From Glaucostegus cemiculus (taxonomy: Eukaryota), in NCBI GenBank assembly GCA_976551045.1, contig CDPCPM010000059.1, positions 4,774,001 through 4,838,000 on the forward strand: DNA of 64,000 nt. Direction: 5' to 3'. Both the position numbers and the translations under genes were made by a program. Position 1 is the first letter of the stretch. Every line of letters starts with the position of its first letter. A model generated the notes under the pieces. The model was given only the letters and a program-made list of their open reading frames with translations, had not been told where the DNA came from and did no database searches. This document shows positions 11,640-24,794 of this stretch, in pieces.

Positions 11640-13381
11640 GAACTAACTTAGAACAGTACAGCACAATAGAAGCCCTTCGGCCCACATTGTACTGACCTTT
11701 AATCCTCGCCTAAGACTATCTAACCCCTTCCACCCACATATCCCCCTATTTTAAATTCCTCCATAAGCTTATCTAATCTCTTGAATTTGACCCATGTACC
11801 TGCCTCCACCACCGCCCCAGGCAGCGCATTCTATGCTCCAACCACTCTCTGGGTAAAAAACCTCCCTCTGAACTTCCCACCCATTACTTTAAAGCCATGC
11901 CCTCTTGTATTGAGCATTGGTGGCCTAGGAAAGAGGCGTTGGCCTCTATCTATTCCTTTTAATATTTTATACACCTCTATCATGTCTCCTCTTATCCTCC
12001 TCCTCTCCAAAGAGTAAAACCCTAGCTCACTTATTCTCTCCTCATAAATACATACTCTCTAAACCAGGCAGCATCCTGATAAATCTCCTCTGAACCCTCT
12101 CTAAAGCTTCCACATCCTTCCTATAATGAGGTGACCAGAACGGGACACAGTACCCCAAGTATGGTCTAACCAGATTTTTATAGAGCTGCATTACCTTGTG
12201 GCTCTTAAACTCGATCCCTCGACTTGTGAAAACTAACACCCCATAATCTTTCTTAACTACCCTATCCACCTGTGAGGCAACTTCCAAGGATCTATGGATA
12301 TGGGAACCCCAGATCCCTCTGCTCCTCCACACTACCAAGAATCCTGCCATTAATTTTGTACTCTGCCCTGGAGTTCGTCCTTCCAAAGTGTACCACCTCA
12401 CACTTCTCCAGATTGAACTCCATCTGCCACTTCTCAGCCCAGCTCTGCATCCTATCAATATCCCTCTGCAATCTTCAACAATCCCCTACACTATCCACAA
12501 CAACACCAACCTTTGTGTAGTCTGCAAACTTGCCAACCCACCTTTTTACACCCTCATCCAACTCATTAATAAAAATCACAAAAAGCAGAGGTCCCAGAAC
12601 CGATCCTTGTGGGACACCGCTAGTTACAGCCCTCCAGTCTGAATGCACTCCCTCCACCACAACCCTTTGCTTTCTACAGGCAAGCCAATTCTGAATCGAC
12701 ATGGCCAAGCTTCCCTGGATCCCATGCCCTCTGACCTTCTGAAGAAGCCTACCATGTGGAACCTTGTCAAATGCCTTACTAAAATCCATGTAGACTACAT
12801 CTACTGCACTACTCTCATCAATCTTCCTGGTCACCTCCTCAAAGAACACTATCAGGCTTGTGAGACCATGATCTGCCCTTCACAAAGCCATACTGGCTGT
12901 CCCTGATCAGACCGTGATTGTCTAAATACCCATAGATCATATCTCTAAGAATCCTTTCCAACAGCTTGCCCACCACAGACATAAGGCTCACTGGTCTATA
13001 ATTCCCTGGACTATCCCTACCACCTTTTTTTGAATAAGGGGACACTTGCCACCCTCCAATCCTCCGGTACCATTCCTGTGGAAAACAAGGACTCAAAGAT
13101 CCTAGCCAAAGGCTCAGCAATCTCTTCCCTCGCCTCGCGGAGCAGCTTGGGGAATATTCCACCAGGCACTGGGGACTTATCTGTCCTAATATTTTCTAGC
13201 AGCTCCAACACATGCTCTCTCTTAATATCAACATGCTCTAGAACATTAACCTTACCAACACTGTCCTCAGCGTCATCAAGGACCCTCACCTCGGTGAATA
13301 CCGAAGAGAAGTATTCATTGAGGACCTCACCCACTTCCACAGCTTCCAGGCACATCCTCCCACATGTATCCCTAATAGGTC
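11640..13381 (-). mobile_element. Longest contiguous CR1 copy (about 1.7 kb), frameshifted RT pseudogene
   Basis: Overlapping ORF pieces 13017-13355, 12839-13162, 12475-12849 and 12042-12458 carry [36 protein letters not shown] and FADYTK (catalytic FADD changed to FADY). The 3' UTR is at about 11640-11770. Confidence 0.95.
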
Positions 13382-13963
13382 AAATGGTTCAAACTGACTC
13401 TATTCAAATTGACCTACACTGACATTCCACATCCATTATGCATTTGTTTTGATATCCTCACTTCCAAGATTTTCAACCATTTTGCCTTACCTAGCTCTGG
13501 AGTCTCCACAAAACCAACCTCCATGCGCCACTAACCTGTGTGACCCCATCTTCTCTGCTCTACCTACACTTGAAGCATGAAAATTATTAGCCTCTCAAGC
13601 CAGTTTCACTACATGATACAGTTATGACTTTTCCAACTCCCTCTCAATATATTATCTTCTTGTATCATTTCTTCATTTGGGTTAGTGAAAAGCAATCAAC
13701 CTCTGAGAAAAAATTAATAACTGACATATCAACAGAAGTTTGGAGAAGATTTGACAACATTTCCAATCACCCTCCGCATACAGAAGAATTACCTAATCAC
13801 AGTCCTGAAGCCCCAGTCCTAGACCATCCCCTCCTCCTCAACAAGGTATGTTTGTATACATAATACCTTGAAAATGTCAACGAAACCAAGGGAATACAAC
13901 CACAGCTGCAATAATCCATCCATGTAATTTAATCCTTGAAGTTGAGGTATGATCCTACTGCTC

Positions 13964-14060
13964 CTGATTACAGGGTCTCGACCCGAAACGGTGACCATCC
14001 CTTCATCTCCACTTGACCCATTCAGTTTTTCCAGCAGTTTATTTTTTTGCTATGATTCTA
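13964..14060 (+). mobile_element. Short Penelope-derived terminal fragment
   Basis: cagggtctcgacccgaaacg...gacccattcagtttttccagcagttt matches the 3' end of the GIY-YIG-bearing copy at 25376-25478. Confidence 0.7.
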
Positions 14061-15147
14061 GTAAACCTCCATCCCTGGATTCCCTTCATATCCAAAAGTC
14101 TGTCAGTCTCAGTCTTAAACATTCTCAGTGACTGAGCCACTATGACTTGTTTGGGTAGAAAACTTCAAACATTCAGTTTTCTGGGTGAAGAAACCTTTAA
14201 ACACATAGTCAAAGAAATGGACCAGTCACCCACAACAGAGCAGTCAATAGTCTTTATTGAGTGGGAAATCGTCCAATCTTTTCCTCTCTGATTGGGAATA
14301 TAGTTGTCAATGAGAAAATTAAAAAAAATTAGTTAAGCCAATTCAGTGAAGTGAAACTACACAAATAAAAACTTTATTACCTTCTGCAGTAACTGCAATT
14401 TTTTTTCTTGGAGCACAACATCCTTACCCAGCAGCTCATCCCAAAGTACCCAAAACTAATCTCGGTTGTGAATTATATCTGATAAATCATTTCCCTTGCT
14501 GAAAGAAGACATTGCAGAGGTTTCCTGGAAATGGATAGCTCTGAAACAGGCTAAACACTTCAATAGTCTTCCGCTCAGTAGCTCGCTTCCAGTCTGAGAT
14601 TTGAACACGCCAAAATATTTCTTAATGTGAAACTTATGTTCCAAACACCATTATTCAACTTCAACCAAAATAGGATGAAACATATGCAATCTGTTATTAC
14701 CAGGACTTTATTATTCAAAGGCATTTTCTTTAAAACAACAGTTAAACTACTCCTGATTTTATAAAATATTTGCTTCGCAATTATGCCCATAATTAGTCCT
14801 AACTTGCCAATACAAATTTGAACTATATCCTGCAAAAAGATGTTCCGTATTCGATGTTTCACCATTTCTTGTGTGTGATGAGTAAATGATGGCTTGTACA
14901 ATAGTTGTTAACCCTTGAAATCAAGCAATTGTCCAGCAGAACTACTGAAAAAAAAATACAATTCCAGATGACACAAAGGAACGAGTATGATGTAGTTAAG
15001 GGTGAAACAGTAAATAGAGAATTTTACAAAGATATTATGTTTATCATATCACCTAAAAATATGTGCATAACAATGGATTTTCAGAACTTTTTACTGAAAT
15101 CATGTAATGCATCCAGAACAGAACAAAAATATTTCATGGAGGAAATT

Positions 15148-15670
15148 CAGAAACTTAGAAAGGTTTCAGCATGAAAGGAGGCTATGCAGCCCATTAAGTC
15201 TATGCTGGCTCTATGCAAGGGAAATCCAGCTGGTCTCCCTCCCCCTCCCCTCTTCCTGCAGCCCTGAAGTTTCTTTATCCAATTGCCTTTGGAATGCCAG
15301 AATTGAATCTGCTTCCAAAGCCTACCTTGGTGGTGTATTCCAGACTCCAACTGTTCCCTAAATCAAAAAGTATTTCCTCACATCCCTTTCAGTTCTTTTG
15401 CCAACTTTCATCATTCTATTTTAGTTAGTTCTTGACCCACCCACCAATAGGAGTAATTTTTCCTATCTACCAGGACTAAATATATCATGATTTTAAAAAC
15501 TCCTTAACCTCCTCTGTTCTGAACAGAAGCACCCCTCTCCAACCATGTTTCTGCAGGTTATCCACATTACTTAAGTCCCTCATCCCAGGAATCACTCTAG
15601 TAAAACTCTTCTGCACTCAGCCAAACGCATCAACATCTTTGCCCAAATGTGGTGCCCAGAACACAACTCA
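15148..15670 (-). mobile_element. Old CR1 3' fragment
   Basis: Plus strand gaaaggaggctatgcagcccattaagtctatgctggctct is the reverse complement of a CR1 tail. It runs through to tgtggtgcccagaac (FWAPH on the minus strand). Confidence 0.75.
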
Positions 15671-16061
15671 TCACTTGACTGCTGGAGAAACTACTAATTG
15701 ATTTACAAAACTAGATATCCATATCCAAAGGATTGTAGAACAGGGAAGATGAATGAACATCTAACTTCAGTGTAACTATATACTGATTGCTAGGTTAAAT
15801 GCATTCAGAATTAGGTTGGAGAAAGTCCACACACAACCATGAGGAAACAATTATGCATGGCTGAGTATCATTTAGCAAAAACTCAATTGGGATCTAGTTG
15901 TCAGAAGGAATTACTTATTACTTCATCTTCTTGCAATTCCACAGCAATAACTTGTATTAAATCGCTCCTTGTGAAACTGCATGAACATCCTGGTTATGAA
16001 ATCCCTCCTTGATTTCCAATTCTAGCCCAATTTAACATTCCTAATATTAAAACTGCTCCAT

Positions 16062-16740
16062 CATGGTGACCCATTCATCTACCCAGGTCCTGGAGCTACA
16101 GACTGAAACCTCTCCTCCACTTCTCCATCTCTCTCCTCCTTTGCAATGCTCTTTAAATCCTACTCTTTTGACCAATCATATGATTACCCATCATAGAACA
16201 TTACAGCATAATACAGGCCCTTCAGCCCATAATGTTGTGCCAACATTTTATCCTACTCTAAGATCAGTCTAATGCTTCCTCAATCACATCGCCCTCTATC
16301 AATCATGTGTCTAAGAGTTTCTTAAGTGTCACCAATGTCTCTGCCCCACAACCTCTGCTGATAGTGTGTTCCACACACCCACCACTCTGTGTAAAAAAAC
16401 TTGCCTTAACACCCCCCTTATATCTTCCTCCAATCACCGTAAAATTATGCCCCCTCATGTTAGCCATTGTCGCCCTGGGAAAAAGTCTCTGACAGTCCAC
16501 TCGAACCATGTCTCTTATCATCTTGTACACCTCTATCAAGTCATCTCTCATCCTCCTTCTCTCCAAAGAGAAAAGCCCTAGCTCACTCAACCTATCCTCA
16601 TTAGACATGCTCTCCAATCCAGGCAACGTCCTGGTAAAATTAACTTATTTCACATGTCAAATTTTACCTGCTATCAACATACCTAAAAGGTAGCTCACAG
16701 AAGTGGTGTTTTGAAAAGGTGTTTTACCAATGCAAATAGT
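16062..16740 (+). mobile_element. Old L2 3' end, split by a younger CR1
   Basis: aaacctctcctccacttctccatctctctcctcctttgcaatgctctttaaatcctactcttttgacca resembles the L2 ORF end. It resumes after 16638 and ends aaaggtgttttaccaatgcaaat. Confidence 0.5.
16192..16638 (-). mobile_element. Young CR1 3' fragment
   Basis: ORF 16303-16626 reads PGLESMSNEDRLSELGLFSLERRRMRDDLIEVYKMIR; the 3' UTR is the same as at 6184. Confidence 0.95.
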
Positions 16741-17954
16741 TTACAGATAAGATTTATCTTGTGATAAGGAATTGTTCAATGCCTTAAAATATTTGTGAAT
16801 ACATTTCAAATAAATTGAGCATGTGTGACATCATTAAAATTGCATCTGGAGTTGACACCTGACTGACTCCCAAAATCAATCTACTGAAGCTCCCACTTTT
16901 GCTTCCTCTGTTGGGCATGTTAAATCTTGATTTCAGGCATGAAATGCATTTCCACCAATGTGAATTAAAATCACTCTGCCACAGGAATACAACTATAATG
17001 TCTCCATGCCAGACTGGGAAAAATGGGAGAGCTACCAGTCACTTGCTGCACTTCAATAAAGAGACAATAACCTTTTCTAACAAAAACTGAAACAAAGATA
17101 GATGTAAACCTCCAAACAGGTGATTTGATTTGAAGGTTTATTTTGGGCAAACAATCTTTATGTTGCATGTAAAGATAAAGCAACACTCCAAGAAATGCTT
17201 TCTCAATACACCAAGCAATGACAAATATCCCAACATTCTAAAAGTATAACAAATGATAGGCACCCATCAATTCCGCTGTGGAGTTGCCTTATTATTAACA
17301 GCAGCTTTTAAGCAGTTGAACAGAAGTAAATATAAGAATAGCTTAGCTATGCTCTTCCAAATATACCCAAGAAGTCAGCCACTATGCAGCTGCCTCTGGA
17401 ATATTGGTTCATTCCATCTTTAGTGTCAGATCGTAGTGCAGTTGATTAAGGACTCAAATAATGGGATAAAGATAGAAAGAAAGGGGATGTTTAGTCAGAG
17501 GTCAGCGGACATCAATCACAGGAAGAGGCAAGGCAATAGAAGAGAGAGAACATTATTTATGTTTCCTTAACATGTCAGATTTTACACAAGGCAAAGAAGC
17601 AATCACAGGTAGTGCAGTGGGGATGATTAATTGCCACAGAAGACCTTTGCAGACTTGGGGTTATGCCTCAGTCACACACTGAGCTGTACTTCCCAAACTC
17701 CTGCCCGACTTCTATACTTCCTTGTTGTGTTATATTTGCTATGTGTCAAATTAACCACAACACACATCATGACTTACCCAAGCTGTTTGCAGTGCTGCTG
17801 TCCATTCCAATGTATCCACCAGTGGCCAATACACTCGTAATTTTGGACTGAAAAATCAGGTTCTACTACTCATTTTTAGCACTGCTAATAATATTTTGAA
17901 ACCTTCCCATTTACTACACACAATAATTCTAATCTAGCCTGCAATCAATACCTT

Positions 17955-18155
17955 TTCATCTTCATGGTTATGACCTTGCACCTTATGGTCTACCTGCACT
18001 GCACTTTCTCGGCTGCTGTGATACTTTATTCTGCATTGTTTAAACTTGTACTACCTCAATGCACTATGTAATGAATTGATCTGTATGATCAGCATGCAAG
18101 ACGTTTTTCACTGTCACTTGTATCGAGGTACAATGATAACCAATTCCAAATTCCA
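17955..18155 (+). mobile_element. Rex1/Babar-like 3' UTR
   Basis: tgaccttgcaccttatggtctacctgcactgcacttt...tactacctcaatgcactatgtaatgaattgatctgtatg, as in the copies at 42297, 57365 and 62025. Confidence 0.8.
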
Positions 18156-18379
18156 AAGCATTGGATATTCCTTGTATTTCAATTTTAAAGTGCAAATTGC
18201 ATCATTATCAAGGTGAGGAAAATTTGCATAAAAATACATGAACCACCTTTCCTGGGATGTCCCATCACAGTGAGAAGAGATAAGATTTTGGGAGGAAGCA
18301 GCAGCAGATACCTTAACCAAAGGCCAGAACAAAACTCCTGAATACTGGAAGTTGGAAATAAAAAATAAACACCACTCTA

Positions 18380-18730
18380 AATCTTATACCACCCATGTAC
18401 TATGTCCGCAGTGTGACAATTTACAAGATACTGTACATTGCCTTTAATTCTTCTCATCTTTACTGACAGCACCTCCACGCTCACACAACTCAACCTCCAA
18501 AGAAGCCAAGGGTACTTGGGTACATAGGATGGAACCTGTAGGTGCTGACGTTTCTGACGTGGAAATGTGTCACCACCCCACCTTCACTGGGTTTAAATCT
18601 TGAAACTCCCTACATCATGGGACTGTAGCAGTTCAAAAAGACAATTCACCACTAACTTTTGCAAAGGGAAAATAGAAATGGCCAACATATGCAGGCCTTG
18701 CTCGTGACACCTACAGTCTGTAAAATGAAT
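18380..18730 (+). mobile_element. Old CR1-group LINE 3' fragment
   Basis: Decayed sibling of 9575-10080 (gcagtgtgacaatttacaagat...tgcaggccttgctcgtgacacc). Confidence 0.55.
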
Positions 18731-18809
18731 AAAAATGACCCCACAGCTCAAAGTTATATTTTACATTAATTGTTGTTAAACCTTTAGTAATGTTCCATGT
18801 CTATACATT

Positions 18810-19635
18810 CATCCCTCAGCTAACTCACTTTCAGGCTGAAAAGTTACATTTTTTCCATTCTCTCATGGGAACAGAGACTAGAGTTTCTTGGGATTCATCC
18901 TGTGTTAGATCCTGCAGCGATTCAAGCTTTTAAATGTCTCTCTCCTTTCTCAGTCCAAGGAGCAGATGCTTATTCAAGGACTGCATGATCGGAGAGCTAG
19001 AAAGTGAAATCATCATCTCTGGCGAATTATATTCTGCATGGATCACTATTTCATCATTTATTGCTGCTCTGCGTTAGTTTGAGGTGTTTCTCATTGAGCC
19101 TAAAAGTCACCTGGATCTTATGTTTCATCTGTGGCTATTTCAGTCACATTCGAATGTCAGTCACATTCGATCCTACCTATATGCAACACTTTACACCTCT
19201 CTAGATTAAATTTCATCTGCTATCAAACTCCATTTAAATACTTTCTCCATTTCAATCAGAGCTGGCTCTACCCTCGCCACTGACCCTCCTCATTTGCATC
19301 TACATATTTGACCAACATACACCAAGGTTATGAACCCAGTTAAGTTCTAAAGAAATAAAACAGTGGCAGTCCTCTCATCAGGCCCTGACGCACAGCTTAG
19401 TACTGCTACCAGCTTGGTCACAGTGACCACCCAGCTAGTTTCTTATCCAATTCCCACAAGTTTAATTAATAACCTTTAATGCAGAACTTTTAACAAAACC
19501 CTTTTTAAAGTTCCAATATGCTACGTCACTGGGTTTACCACAGTCCATTTAACTTGCCACTTCCTCAAAAAAAGTCAAAGCGTTCGCTCAGTCTGAACCT
19601 TCCCCCTCTGACTTCATGCAGACTGTTGTCAACAA
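18810..19635 (-). mobile_element. Very old CR1 RT remnant
   Basis: Minus strand gives tttttttgaggaagtggca (FFEEV), cagtgacgtagcatatt (DVAY) and cagatgaaatttaat (QMKFN) in CR1 order and spacing. Confidence 0.55.
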
Positions 19636-19764
19636 GCTGATCCTCAATTTTAATTCACCAACAAATAATAGTCACTTCATTACACACTTTTAATGTGCAT
19701 TCCTATCGAGCTTAGCTGCTCCTGTGTTTTAATAGTAAACATTGTTCCCATGTCCTTCACTTTA

Positions 19765-19858
19765 CTGAAAGGTCAGCAATCTGAAACATTAATTTTGTGC
19801 TCTATCCACAAATGCTGCCTGACCTGCTGAGTATTTCCAACATTTCCTGCCTTTATTA
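19765..19858 (+). mobile_element. Short Penelope-derived fragment
   Basis: ctgaaacattaat...atgctgcctgacctgctgagtatttccaacatttc. Confidence 0.7.
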
Positions 19859-21204
19859 CACTGCTTTGCGTGCAGAGCTTTTGAAATCCTCAGACCAAGT
19901 CCCAATAATTTGCAGCCATGTACAGCTGAGTAAATGTTTTCACCCACATAGCTCTGCCTTGTTAAATATTAATCCTCAGCCTTGCTCTCACTAGTGTTAT
20001 CCTGTGTATATCACAACATTTTCTGTAGACAAAGTCAGAACATGTGATGCAATGGTTTCCTTGAAAAGACAATATATTAAAAAACCAGTGCATTAAATGC
20101 ACATTTTCCTAGAAATATCAAGCATTTATAAAGCCAGAGTCTGGCTTATCCAATGCACAGTTTTTGAAGTAACATATGCTAAATGCCCTAAATTTAAACC
20201 TACCACTTAAATTGATATTAAACATAAAATAACAGCCTTATGTTACCCCCTTCCCAGTTTTAATATTAAATAAACACACTTTAGTAACTGACAGCAAAGT
20301 TATTATTCAAGATACTGATCAAATGAAGTTTAGTTGAAAACACAGTCATGTACATCTCCAAAGAAATAGTATCCTTTAGGACTACTTTTAATGAATTATC
20401 TGCCACGTTAAGCCATTTTCCACGTGAACATTAGGCATATCAAAGAAGATTTCTATCAAGTTTCTGTAAGGCTGCCAGTGACGTAGTCAGGTTATCTGAA
20501 TGTGACACAACCTTTCCTGAGCTGATGTTTGAAATGTAATCCAGTTGTGTAAGTGCTACAAAGGTGATACTATTTAGACTTTGAGCACTCGAGTTCCCGC
20601 AACTGTGGTTTCTACAACCAATCAGCTGTTGCTTCATCTGCAAAATGGAGATGGAATATAGGATATACATGCAAGGATAACTGGACACATGGGACCTTAG
20701 AGAACAGAAGGAAATACGCATCTCTTTAATCTATCAGATTAAAAGGATTTGGAAATTAGTAGTACCAGAACTGAAAAGTTTACTTTAAATGTCATTTCAG
20801 ATACATTGAACACAGATAAACAGAGTGGATTGAGAAAAAGAAAAAAGATTAAGAAAGCAAAACAAAAAAATTCACATTATTAAAAAAAATCTCCAACAAC
20901 AAGTAGATGTTGTACATGCAAGATTTTTTGTACCATACAGTTCATTAGCACTAATTAAGAATTTGCACATTGTCGAGAGAATCTCTAATAACTAATCTAT
21001 AGTTAGTTAAATGTGAAATCCTGATATGGTTTCAAAACAAGCAGCTTGCATCTCCGCAAACCATCCCTAACTTTCTGTGGCAAGCTTCATTCATATTTAT
21101 TGTGCTGGTACAGCAACTTTAGATCATGAATGCATTGCAACAGTGAGAAAGATAGCTTTGTAAAAAAAAATCTCAGTAAAAGAGGGGGTTAAACACTGGA
21201 TAGC

Positions 21205-21372
21205 AACAGCAAATGGTAGAAACGTTCAGCGAGTCAGATAGAAACAGAATCAAATAGTCAATAAAACCACATTGACCAGAAATGTTAACTCTCTTTCTCT
21301 CTCCAGAGATGCTGAGTATTTCTAGCGTATTTTAGTTTTATTTCAGAGTTCCAGCATCCTGAAAATTTTGCT
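21205..21372. mobile_element. Penelope-derived short element with two inverted halves
   Basis: A minus-oriented half (aaatggtagaaacgttcagcgagtcag) is followed by a plus-oriented half (gaaatgttaactc...gatgctgagtatttctagcg...ttccagcatcctg). Confidence 0.55.
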
Positions 21373-22467
21373 TTAAGACACCAGTAAATTCCCATATTTC
21401 ATTTCATACCTGTTCCTCCCCACCTAATGTGGAATTTTACATTAGTAACATTGAGTCTTTCTATTAGTTTGGTAACAAAGTGTGAACTATGGATTGGGAA
21501 GAAATTCAAGTTAATATTTTAATATTTCAGAGAGAATGGGATAAAAGGAAAATCAGGCAAGGTCAGGTAAAGTATTCAATATTTTCCATTCTAAATGTTA
21601 TTAAATAGTATTCTAATATTATAGTTAACACTATTCTGATATCAGAGAGCTGTAGTACTGTAACATTGCTGATTTCAATGTGATGTGACACAAGAGCTTC
21701 AAAGTGGATAGCTTTTGGCAAACACCAGTTCCTTTGTCCTTCCCCTGGACTGAAGGGTAATAAAAAAGGTAAATCAAAGGAAAAGCTGAAATGTACTTGG
21801 CAAATCATTTCATAACTTGCAGGGCACAGGTCCCTTGTAAAGCAATATTCCTTATCTTGCTTTTATTCTCAAACGTAACTAACTTGCAAAAAGAAAGCAA
21901 AGGATGGATAGAAGGTGGAAATCTGAAATAATATTCAGTTATGTGAAGGCAAATATAAATCACTTGTATAACATTTTATTAAAAATAGTTAACTTCACTA
22001 TGTATTTGCTTTTGAATTCTAAACGATAAACAGTTTTTATGAGTGGTGTTGAAAGGGACGCTTCATCAATAGACTGATCTAGGAGGTAAATGGGCTTTCA
22101 AGATGTGTCAGTAAATCCCACCAAAACTGATCTTCAGAAGATTGAGGCTCACTATGCCATGGAATCCCGGAGCTACAGACAGGTGATCAATGGCAGTAGT
22201 GATTGACTTGGTTGAATGCGACAAGGAAGTTATATCACTGTGCAAGGTGACTTAATAGATTCCATTGTATCTGTGCTGTTTCTAGTAACTCAAGATATCA
22301 ATAGTGAACAATAATCTCTGGGAATATTGAGAAATGACCTCCACAGCTCTCCTTCTCCTGCCTGTTTTCCTACTGATACTAGACTTCTTTGCTTCTTCAG
22401 TACAGTTGTGGCATGCAACTTTTGCCAAGTCTTAATTATCTCCATAACAATTTGCTGCACCTAAAAC

Positions 22468-22592
22468 GATGCAGGGTCTTGATCCAAAACATCATATAAC
22501 CTTCTGCCTCCACAGAAGCTGCTCGACCCACTGAGATCTTCCAGCAGTATGCTTTTTGCTCCAGATTGCAGCATCTACAATTTTGTGTCTCT
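22468..22592 (+). mobile_element. Short Penelope-derived fragment
   Basis: gatgcagggtcttgatccaaaac...gacccactgagatcttccagcagt...ctccagattgcagcatctaca. Confidence 0.7.
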
Positions 22593-22924
22593 ATGTCACA
22601 GCAATTTTGTTTCAGAGAAAAGAGTTGTGTTTTTTTTTACAAACACCTTTACTTTGAAATGTTGCTGCTTTAATCCATTGTCATGGCAATGTTTGCAGTT
22701 CCTTCTTGATGAAGCAGGCCTTTCAATTAACTTTGGTTTTGCATGGCATTCTCTTTCATTGCCCGCCAGAGCACAATAAGCCAAGATCATTAACAAAGGT
22801 CAAGTGGCTCACATCCAGTTTATTAAACTGGCTCATTTGCATGATTTCTAAGTTTTCCACTAGTTTCTGCCAAAACCAAATTGCAAGACTAAATCTGCAA
22901 TGTACCCTTACTGTGGCACTATAA

Positions 22925-23300
22925 TAACATTTCACATCTACAGAGCATTTTTGACCTGGCGAAGGATCATAAGGAAGGTGATTATAAATGAGGAACAGTA
23001 AGTATTAGGGGAGGTCACTGAAAGTCTAACAAGGACCAAATTTGAGGATGCTTTAGAAAACAGTCAGAAAGGTAGGGCAAAAATTCCAATGTATGAATTG
23101 AAGAGAACTGCTGGGTAACCAAAGCTTGAGTGCAATGCAATCAAATGAAAAGGACCTGTTGGCACAGAGGACTGGAAGATGTTCCCGAGGCCAGGAAAGG
23201 CATGCAGGAATCTCAAAAGCAAGACTAAGGATTTTGAAACATTGCCAGAGAAGGCAGTTTGAGAACCAACTGTCCTGCACACTTAGGAAGTCATGAAGCA
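22925..23300 (-). mobile_element. Old L2 3' fragment
   Basis: Purine-rich plus strand resembling the reverse complement of an L2 end, similar to 43380-43745. Heavily diverged. Confidence 0.4.
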
Positions 23301-24794
23301 CATTTTCATTGACCACAGGGAGAAGCAGTATCAGAATAGAAAGAGACAGGTTTAATCACAGTCAGGAAATGAGCTTTGGAACTCAATCAAAGCTAAAGCA
23401 GAACAAAGTTACATCAACACAAAGACAATGCAAACCTCCTGAGCTTTACTTCATAACAGCCAGCTTGTATCCATAGTGATTTCAGTGTTAATATATGCAG
23501 GAACTTCCCATGTCATCACCCTCCTCCTGCCGCTCACCGCCCCCCTCCCACCTCCACACCCCCATTTCAATCCAATTTTAAGTGGTTGGTTAAGGGATTC
23601 CCCCTGAAATAACCAAGATGCAAATAAAGTTTTACACAGTGACGTGGAGAAAGTGCTGTCATCTTCAGAGCTCTTCATGAGCAATATATTCAAGCATTTA
23701 CCTGCAGTGTTATTCTGCTACTAAAGAAGAAGAGCATTTAAGTTGCCCCATAACTTTTAAGCCAGAACACGTGGTCGTTACACTTCAATACTGGCCAGGG
23801 TTCAAATGTGATTTGCTTAGGGAACTTAGAAGTCTGTCTTTTCAGGCTGCACCTCAGAACTACCAAGCATTTTTATACATCACTTATACTAGCTCCCATT
23901 CTATAGCCTCCCCCACCTTACTTCACTCCCCTGAGTACAGACCTCTCCGCAATTGTAACAATATGCTAAGGTACCATTTAGGCACCCAGAATATAATACC
24001 ACAGAATTAGGGAAGATCAATTTTGTATCATTCAAAACCAATGCTTTTCAACAGATGTTTCTCCTCACCCAATTCCTTCTTCCTTTTCTGAAGACTTCAG
24101 TGCATTCCCATTGGCTCTCTCTTGCCCACAATTAGTGCAGGCAAGGGATCAATCACCCCTTACTGATTTATACGGCTTCATTACTGGATGAACTTTCAGA
24201 GCAACTGAGAGACCATAGAAAGAAACCCAAGCCTAGACTTCAGTGATGTCCGGGGGAACCAGAAACATTGTCATGGCTATGAAGGCCCACAATATGAGGA
24301 TGATTTTTTGGGCAGTCACATGGGTTTAAAGTTGGTATTCAAAAATTCTGCTTTTCTAAAGCACTTTCATTGTGTTCAGACTTCCTAAAGCTGCCCAGTT
24401 CAGACCACAGTCATCCTTGAAGCCATTGTCTTCAGTCCCCAATGAAAATTAGTGGGATGAATTAAACACCCCAAGTTGCTCTTTTGAAATCTTCTACAGA
24501 AAACTTTTTCATTCAAAGTAATATATTGCTCCTTATATCCTACAAATGATAAGTATGCGAAAGTGAACACAGTAAAAATCAACTCAGGTGAAAATAAAAA
24601 AGTACTAACCTCTTTCTTATGGCTTCAGATACATGCTAAACACTGCTTGTGATACATTCTGAATATCGAAGAGGTGACAAAGAAAATTGATGAAGGCAGA
24701 TGTGGTTTAAATGGAGTTTAGCAAGACTCCCGCAAGGTAGGCTAGTCCAGAAAGTTAGAGCACAAGGGATCCAAGGTTAGGACAGCCATGGCCA

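Noticed and set aside
11640-13381. Active reverse transcriptase, retron or other RT-based system
   Set aside because: This is an ordinary 5'-truncated CR1 with several frameshifts and the catalytic FADD changed to FADY.
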